From assembly GCF_964355755.1 (NCBI RefSeq), contig NC_092670.1, forward strand, positions 8,608,201 to 8,672,200: 64,000 nt of DNA, given 5' to 3'. The DNA is from Antedon mediterranea. Taxonomy: Eukaryota > Animalia > Echinodermata. This document shows positions 50,501-59,500 of this stretch, piece by piece. The notes beneath the pieces are model-generated. The model saw only the letters and a program-made list of their open reading frames with translations, searched no databases and had not been told where the DNA came from. Position 1 is the stretch's first letter, and every line of letters starts with the position of its first letter. The translations under genes were made by a program, and so were the position numbers.

Positions 50501-53500
50501 TAAATATGGATTTTGAATCAACCAATGATAGGGACGTAATTTTAGTTTCAAAAGAGTAGGCCTATGTATAAAACGAGTAAGACTTTAGTTGAAACTGCTG
50601 AGATAACACTTTTTGCAGGTTAAAATTTAATTTTGACAGGGTTATTATCAAATTTTTGTGTTAACATTTATAAAGTCTAGGCCTCTACCTATGCCTCATA
50701 TGAGCGGACTGCAAAATAAAACACCAATATATACCACCATCAGGTACTATAGGCAGCCAGAGAGCATGGTCAGAGTAGGAATTAATATAATTCATATTAA
50801 CTCTGCATATTAATAAGATCAATTGTATGATTGTTTGTGGAGAAGCAGCCTCAATCAAGCAAGACAAGTTGTACTCTTCTAGCTAGGGGAAACATCATCA
50901 AATGTTTTACTAAACTACCTACTGTAGGCCCAGAATCTTTCATCATCACATCATTTCACAACAAACAAGTTGGAGTTTGTGTACCCAGACGTACATGTTG
51001 GGCGTTCACGTTGTCAAAATGCATACACATCATCTTAGGTGTTGAATCTCTGAAATTTCTAAGCATGTATAATAAAATATTTCCAAGTAAGTAGTCAATC
51101 GCATGTGGCTGAACCTGGTTAACTGGATAATTGTAGAAACCATAAATAATTGAATGTGTTTTTCTAGATAATACTGTGTTTCGAGCTAAAATATTATAGG
51201 TATACTATTCTTTGACCATTTTTTTGTTTCTGTCTTGAAACCCAACTACTGTTTGTAGATCAGTACTAGAGCCATTTTGTAAATGCTAAAGTAGCGACAT
51301 ACCAATGTTATATCATCTAGTTGTAAACCATTATAAATAGATTATTATGATTTCTTGCAGGATGGAAACACTCCACTTCATCTTTATATGAGCATATTCC
51401 ATAAAGGGTTTTACTATTATCCAAGGGAGCGTGGTATTGAATTAGAGATACTGAACAGACTTGTGCATCAAGATGCATTAGCCACATCAAACAAAGTAAT
51501 GTACAATAAATCACAATAAAACACAATATCAAAAAATGATAGTAGATAAATTTTAGATAATGGCAGTCAGTAAATTCTACTACAAATACAATGTATGTAT
51601 GTATGTATAATATATATATATATAATGCATCTGTCAAGGGGCGTTTATTCGAGAGGCCGTTTATTCAAAATGATGTTCTATGGGGACGTTATTCGAGAGG
51701 GCGTTTATTTTAAGTAAGGCGTTTATTCTAAGTAAGGCGTTTATTCAAATGAATACGCTAACATAGTATTCCATTATTATCATTATTATTGCAAATTGTA
51801 AAATATACATTTGCAAAATAAATAAAAATGTAAAATTACTGATGTTTTCACTTTTAGTACTAGATCTGTACTAGAACCATTTTGTAAATATTAAAGTATC
51901 AACATGCCGATTTTATATCATCTAGTTGTAAACAATCATGTCTTGATGATTATGATTTATTTCAGGATGGAAACACCCCACTTCATCTTTATCTGAGCAT
52001 ATTCAATACAAAGTTTGGCTATTATCTAATGGAGCATGATCAATTTGAATTAGAGATACTGAACAGACTTGTACATCAAAATGCATTAACCACATCAAAC
52101 AAAGTAATGTACAATAAATGTTAAGAAATTTAAACCTTAAACCTGTCTATTTTAGTACATCAATGGAGGAAATAAATATATATAGATATTTCCTCTATAT
52201 GGTACATCCAATGTAATGGATGAAGATATACTATAGAAAGCATATTTTATTTTGAATTGTAGGTTTAATATGTATGAATTTATACTATTTTAATAGTAAT
52301 CATTGCAGCTGTTTCTGCAGTAAAATCATTACTAGAGCCATTCTATTATTTATTATTTTATTTATTTATTTACTTTAATTATTTAATTTATAGATATTTA
52401 TTTTAGAACAGACTTGACAGTGGTATATTTTTTTTTAATATATTATTAGTTTGATTTTGGTTTAGATAGCAAAATCAATTTATGTCTTAACTTGTTTATA
52501 GAAAGGAAAGACGCCAGTGTGTATTTTAAAAGATAATGATCAGATGGACCTAGAAGTAAAACACACGATTTTGAAGTTATTTGACAGTAAGTTAATGTTT
52601 TTAAAATAATTTAACCCCCTGAATGTCAACCTGTAGTTCTAAATTAAAAACAAGTTTCGTACTATTTAATTTGACTGTACAAAAAGTAAAGTACAAAAGG
52701 TAAAAGGTTTGGGAATACACCATTTCCTGCTGTTTTGATATTAGTAAACCTAAACCTGTTTACCAGAAGGTGGCAAACGAGACATATGAAAATCAATCTA
52801 AAACAAGAGCGATATCAAAACTACTGACACTATGCTTTCAATGTCAGAAAGCATTCGACATTATATAATAAAATAATACAAACTAAAGTCAACATTTTTT
52901 AATCTTCTGTTTAACTGGATATTGAGAAAATTCGGATTATGCCCTTTGCATACCTTATTTCTAGTAGTGTACATTCTTTGTGCACATGAAATTTGTGAGT
53001 ACACAAAACTATTGTTTTGGCGTCCCTGACACAAGCTTTTGCTTTTTTGGTGACGCCACCATTTTGGAAATAAATGTTGATTTTGATTGATTGTAATTGC
53101 TTCATGTCCCATCCATAGGATGACACAGTGAGAATAAGTATCTTGCGTGGATATAACGAATATTGCACAAACAGGTTTCGAATACATTCCCATTGCATAC
53201 AAGTCTGCTTCTTTACTTTGATGCCATACTTACAATCTAATTATTTGCGTCCAATAAACTTGAACATCATTTACTGGATATTTATCCACATACACATATC
53301 ACTTTTATTTGATTTCTGTGATCACTGAATTGTATTTTCAATGTTTTGAACAAAATCCTCTACTTGATAAGGCAGAAATTGAAATTCTTTTGATTTTAAG
53401 ATGTTTATTAATGCATTTTATTGAAATACAAAATAAAGAAAATGTACCTTGCATTTAAATGTGTTTATTATTGTTAGCTCAACAGTCTAAAATGGATCAA

Positions 53501-56500
53501 ATGACACCAGAGAGTCAAGCAGCAAGAACTACTACTGAAAAAGAATCTGAAGAGACTGTATCTGTCACAACTGTTGGCCTGTCACCGCCTAGAAAAAGGT
53601 TATCATGTAAGTCTATAATGAAATGTAACAAATAATACAAATAAAGTGCAACCAAAGATTAATGTTAAACTAGAAGTTTTTGAAGTTATGTAAGAGTAAA
53701 TTTTTAGGGTTAAACACAAATCTTTCACTTTTTGTACTGTTATATAATGTTATATAAGACTGAGTCTTCGAGCAAACAACAAAAAACTTGATAATCCTCC
53801 GCCATATTATTGGAAGTCCTTAATACACGATGGTAATACCCTCGTGCGGTTCACCATTGAAATTAGAAATCGATTTGATGCTCTCCAAGATGAAAGTGTG
53901 ATCGACAATCCTGATACCACCTATGAAAACTTTGTGAAAGCACACTGTGAAGCCGCTTCCAACTGTATTCCCTTGAAACCTAAAAAACGCAAAAGAGTAC
54001 CCTGGGAAACGCAGGCTATTCAAGACCAACGAGAGAGGATCAAACGATCAGCAACTTGTAAAAATGCTAACCCTACACCCCAAAACATCTCAAAATTCAA
54101 CAGAGAGAAGTTAAAGTTGACGAGGCTCTATCAAATCGAACTGGAAACCTATCTGCAAACTAAGATTGACTCGATTAAGCAATATTCGGTGAATAAGCAA
54201 TCATCGATGGCCTGGGATACGATTAATGAAATCTCGGGTAGAAAGCGCATCAGTCAAGCAAAGCTGAAAGCCACCAGTCAAAATGATCGTCTAAATCAAT
54301 GGAAAAACCACTTCAAGAACCTTCTTGGCAACATTCCCAATATAACCAATGTGGAAACCATTGAGCTATTTCCAGCACAGACTGAATCTAACATCAAAAT
54401 CGGTCCTTTTAACGACGAAGAGTTAAACAAAGCACTCACAAAAATGAAAAATGGAAAATCCCCAGGACTTGATGGGATTCCTCCAGAAGTGTGGAAAACG
54501 AAACATTTTAACAACGTACTCTTGAAGTGTTGCAATGAGGTCTATGAACAAAGACCTATTCACTACTGAACAAGAGGCTGCATACTACCATTTCCAAAAA
54601 AAGGAGATCTTGGAAAGGCCGAAAACTACAGAGGAATAACTCTCACCCCCATTGCTGCCAAGATCTACAATCTTATGCTCTTGAATAGAATACAACCATG
54701 GATCGAGACAATACTTCGTAAAAACCAAAATGGTTTTAGACAGGGACGCTCAGCAAGCAGCCAGATTCTCACAATTAGGAGAATACTTGAGGGAGTGCGT
54801 GACAAAAATCTTCCTGCAGTCCTCCTCTTTGTAGATTTCGCAAAAGCCTTCGATTCTGTCCATCGTGAAAAGATGCGTGAAATTCTTCTCGTCTACAAAA
54901 TTCCACCTGAGATTGTCAATGCCATAATGATGCTGTACAAAAACTCAAGTGCCCTGGTTCGTTCTCCAGATGGTGATACTGATCCGTTTCAGGTAAAAGC
55001 AGGCGTCCTTCAAGGAGATACTCTCGCTCCCTACATCTTCATCATATGTCTTGATTATGTTCTCCGCTCGGCTATTGATCCACTCAACAAACACGGCTTA
55101 ACATTGAAGCCAAGAATCAGCAAGAGGTTCCCTGCGACATTGGTAACTGACGCTGATTATGCTGACGATATAGCCCTGTTGTCGAACACGATTGCTGGAG
55201 CAAAAACCCTCCTACACGCCCTTGAAAATGCTGCATCCTCAATCGGCCTCCACATAAATGCCAAAAAGACAGAAAGTATGAACGTAAACTGTCAAGGTCA
55301 AATTCAAACTAGCTCCGGATACGCTCTCAATCAAGTCGACCAGTTCACCTATCTTGGCAGCAACATTGCCTCAACAGCAAAAGACGTTGATATACGTATC
55401 AGCAAAGCCTGGTCAGCTCTCAAACGCCTGACTGTCATATGGAAGTCCAACATCTCAAACAACATGAAGAAAAATTTCTTCAAGACCACAGTCGAGTCTG
55501 TCCTTCTCTACGGGTCATCGACATGGACCCTAACTAAGAAACTTGAAAACACTCTAAACGGAACATATACTAGGATGCTACGAGCCGTTCTTAACGTTTC
55601 GTGGCAAGATCACCTCTCCAACGCTCAGCTATATGGGAATCTTCGCAAGATCACCGATGTTATCAAAGAAAGAAGAGTCCGCTTTGTTGGACACTCTTTC
55701 CGCAACAAAAGTGAACTGATAAGCGAACTTATGCTCTGGATGCCATCACATAGGACAAGAAGACCAGGCAGGCCCCCAAAATCATTCATTGACCAACTAG
55801 TTGCGGACTCCGGCCATACAATTGAAGAGCTACCAGGAGCAATGATGAACAGAGACGGCTGGAAAGAAGTAGTCAAAAGGATCCGAGCAAGCTCGACGCA
55901 GTATATAGTAGTAGTAGTATATTTTGTACAAAACTGAATTGTAACTTAATTCATCATATTAAGCACATCTCCTAAATGTATGTATTAATATTCAAAGCTT
56001 GATTTTTTTATCATTGTGTTTTAAATATGTGATCATTGTCATTCAAAAACAGGTGATTCTGAGACAAATTACACATGCAAATTAAAAAAAAAAAATTAAA
56101 TGTTTAAGATTCAATTCAAGTTTCATTAAAGACCCATTCTCTACAATTGTTGACGTTTTGTAAAAATAATGCATATACTGTATATTACTTTCAAAACATT
56201 AAACCAGGTCATTAAATGTATGTTTTATTGTAAATTATGATAAAACGAGAGAAACAATGCACTACTTAAGTAGTCCGCGTTGAATGTCCTTTAGTTTTGT
56301 AGGCCTACTGGTAAACAGCAGTAACGTACGGACATCGTACACTTACTATAGGCCTATTGTAGCCTGACGTTGCAAATTGGGAAAACCCGGTAATTTAAGT
56401 ATACGATTCTTACACTTGTTTTGACCTTCAAGATCGATCGAACATGGGTGAATCCCAGAAGAAAAACGAAAAATTAAGTAGATAATCATAATATATGTAC

Positions 56501-59500
56501 TTGCAATCAAATAAACAAACCTGCTCATTATGGAACTAGAAGAAAAACTATGCATATGAAAATGAAGCTTTAAAATCTTATGGAAATCGAACAATAACTT
56601 TTTCAGCTTAATCCTGCTAACAACTAAAGGAAAAAAACACCCAGACACAATCGACCTCATCATAACCATTCTGGCAAAGTTAATAAAAGGTTATTTATAG
56701 ACGAAAAATAAGGAATTTTCTACAAAATTATATAATTTGGAACTGATGATATGGCTCTTACAATTTTCAAATCTTTTCTTTAGAACCATTCTGTTTTTCT
56801 TTTACCGCATACTTATTATAGTTAATTTTATTTCCAGTATATCACCAGCCACTTTTCTCTATGCTTGTAAATTTTTAAAATAAATTGTTAGCTCAACAGT
56901 CTGTAGTCGATCAAACAACACCAATGAGTCAAGCTGCAGGGTCTAGCAGTACTACTGGAAGAGAATCTGAAGAGATAACATCAATGTCTGAAACTACCAC
57001 AAATGTAAGACGGTCGACAAGTAGAGAAGAGTTACCATGTAAGCCCGTTCAAAGTTAACAATGTTTTGTAAGAATTAGTTCTTTGATGGTAAAAAAAAAA
57101 TACATGTACAAATGAAACTGAACTGAACAAGTTAATTGTAGCTAACCAGATATCATTAGTTTCATAATATTGTAACTAAAATTACATTAGTAGCGGCAAG
57201 TTCCTATTATCGTACTCAAAACACCACGTCTCCTTAGTTTGCTGGTATAAATCTGTATTATAACAATTCTCATTGTCATTAAAGTATAAAAACACACTAT
57301 AAAATATAATAATTTTATTATAAAACTCAGAACGGTTCTTCTGCACAATACCGTAATTCTTTTTATAATACTTTATTTTTTTCTAGATATTCTGACACTA
57401 CATCTCAAGAGAACTCAAGGTCCACCATATCCACAGTATGTTGTAGACATATTTGAGGACATTTTTAGTGGAAAAGATGTTATACATGCTGAGAATCTGC
57501 CAGAAAAAAGTGACACAGTTAAAAAACTTGTTCAAGTGATGGGGGACATTGGTTTTACTATTGCTTCCCTCAAACATAATTGTATATCATTTTATCTTTG
57601 TGTATTACATTTAAGTTCTCTATTTCTCATATGGAGCTTGTATAATAATGGAAGGCTTCTGAGATTGTTAAGTAAAGTATTAGCTCCCGAAGAACATCAG
57701 TCTGAATTCATTTCTCAATGGACTTTGCTAATCGAGCAACATGAACAAGTTTTCAAGAGTATGCAACTTAATGGTAAGTTAAAATTATTTGATTAGTCAA
57801 ATTGTATTTTCGCATGAATAGTGATTAAACCTTGCTTTCAGTTTTGTAATTATCAGAAAAACTATACATTTTTTTTTTAAAGTATGTGAACAATATTGTT
57901 TTTAATTTATTTTGATTTGTGCAATTTGGATCCAGAAAATATAAAAATAAAGAAAACCACTTACGTATAGCATAGAGGCTAAATATAAGGCAAAAATCAT
58001 AATAAAAAAATAAAAATTATCAAACAATAATTGAACAAATAATACTATCCACTCCTTTACCGGTTTTGTATACTTATTGTTTTCAGAACTTTCAACACCA
58101 AGATTGACGTCACCAATAACACCCTCAATACGTAAGTTAGCAATATATGTTAGTATACACATTAACATATATGAGTGCAATGTGGCAAATAATTTCATGA
58201 GGTGAAAGATAAAAGTATATATTTTTACGAGACATATTTTATCTTTCACAGAATGAAATTGTTGTATGCACGAATATAAAACATTCATTATTTTTTTATA
58301 ACACACCTACTGTGAATTATGTCAACAACCGAACATATTCATAGGCCTGCTAGCCCAGGCTGGTACTAGCAACACTAAAATTGCTAGGCAACCATAAAGA
58401 TATTCTTTTTCCCCTGAAAATAGTCAAATTGGCTGCCAGCCAATGAGTTTTTGGTTGAATTTAACGATTTATTTGGTAATTTTATAAGTGAAAACATTAT
58501 TTTTTTTCGTTTTTTTATTCGATGGAAGAGATTGACTTTATTAAAACTACAAAATAGTCTATTCAAAGTCTGATTTTATTAATCTTTATTTTTCATGTTT
58601 TTGGGGGACAATACATCTTTAAACTTAATTAAATGTGATGTGCCCATATATGGACATGATGATGTCATATCGACAAAGGGCATTGTTGTCCATCCAGCAA
58701 AAAGGTCGACCACTCCAGACCCCTACAGCAGCAATCAATTTTTAGTAGCAGCAGCAGCAATAGATTAGTAGCAGCAGCAGCAGCAGCAGCAGTAGTGCTT
58801 AACCTAAGCTCAATGTCCACCTCTTCTACCATGTCTCAAAAAGAAATGATGATGGTAGTGTGTTAGGATTCATAGAATGTACCATTATCATTTTGATTAT
58901 CTGGTTTATATATAAAAGTTAAATATATTTTAGTTGTAGCTCTCTTCTCGGAGAGAATAGGCCATTGTCGGTTTATCCATAGATATAGATAGTCACAAGG
59001 ATATATGTATCAATGGTGACATTAAGTAAATTTATTTTGTATTATGTTGAAGACTTTCCACTGTTTTCAGTAAACTCAATATCTAAAGCTCTTTCCAATT
59101 TATAATAAAAATTTAATTTTTAATATACTAAGTATTAAGTCCAATAGAGGTTGTAACAATGATATGTCATCAAGCAAATGATTGACATAATACAGTCACT
59201 GTATAGCTCAACAAATGTATACCTTTCTGATGATGATCCTAATGATCAATTTGAAACATTGTCCGGCGTTCGTCAAGGAGGTGTTGGTACTACCACCATA
59301 TTTAACCAATACTTGATTACGTTATTAGAGTGTTCAAACAACGCTGTCAATAAGCATATATCATCAATTGTCTCTGGATGTCAATTTCATTTAGGTTGTT
59401 CTTAAAAATTAAATGCATCTTTTCAGAATTTATTTTTAAACTTTGGAATAACCTTTAAAATTATATATTGAATGACATATTGTTATTGTTTTTAATAACT

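Noticed and set aside
50640-51200. Coding-looking intronic stretch with short ORFs on both strands
   Set aside because: No recognisable motif or consistent splice sites.
56126-56760. Possible Kolobok MITE starting ttaaagacccatt
   Set aside because: Right end (atatggctctta) matches poorly and lacks TTAA; cannot be delimited.
58603-58622. gggggacaatacatctttaa, same end as the 42774-43303 MITE
   Set aside because: No matching left end found, so no element was called.
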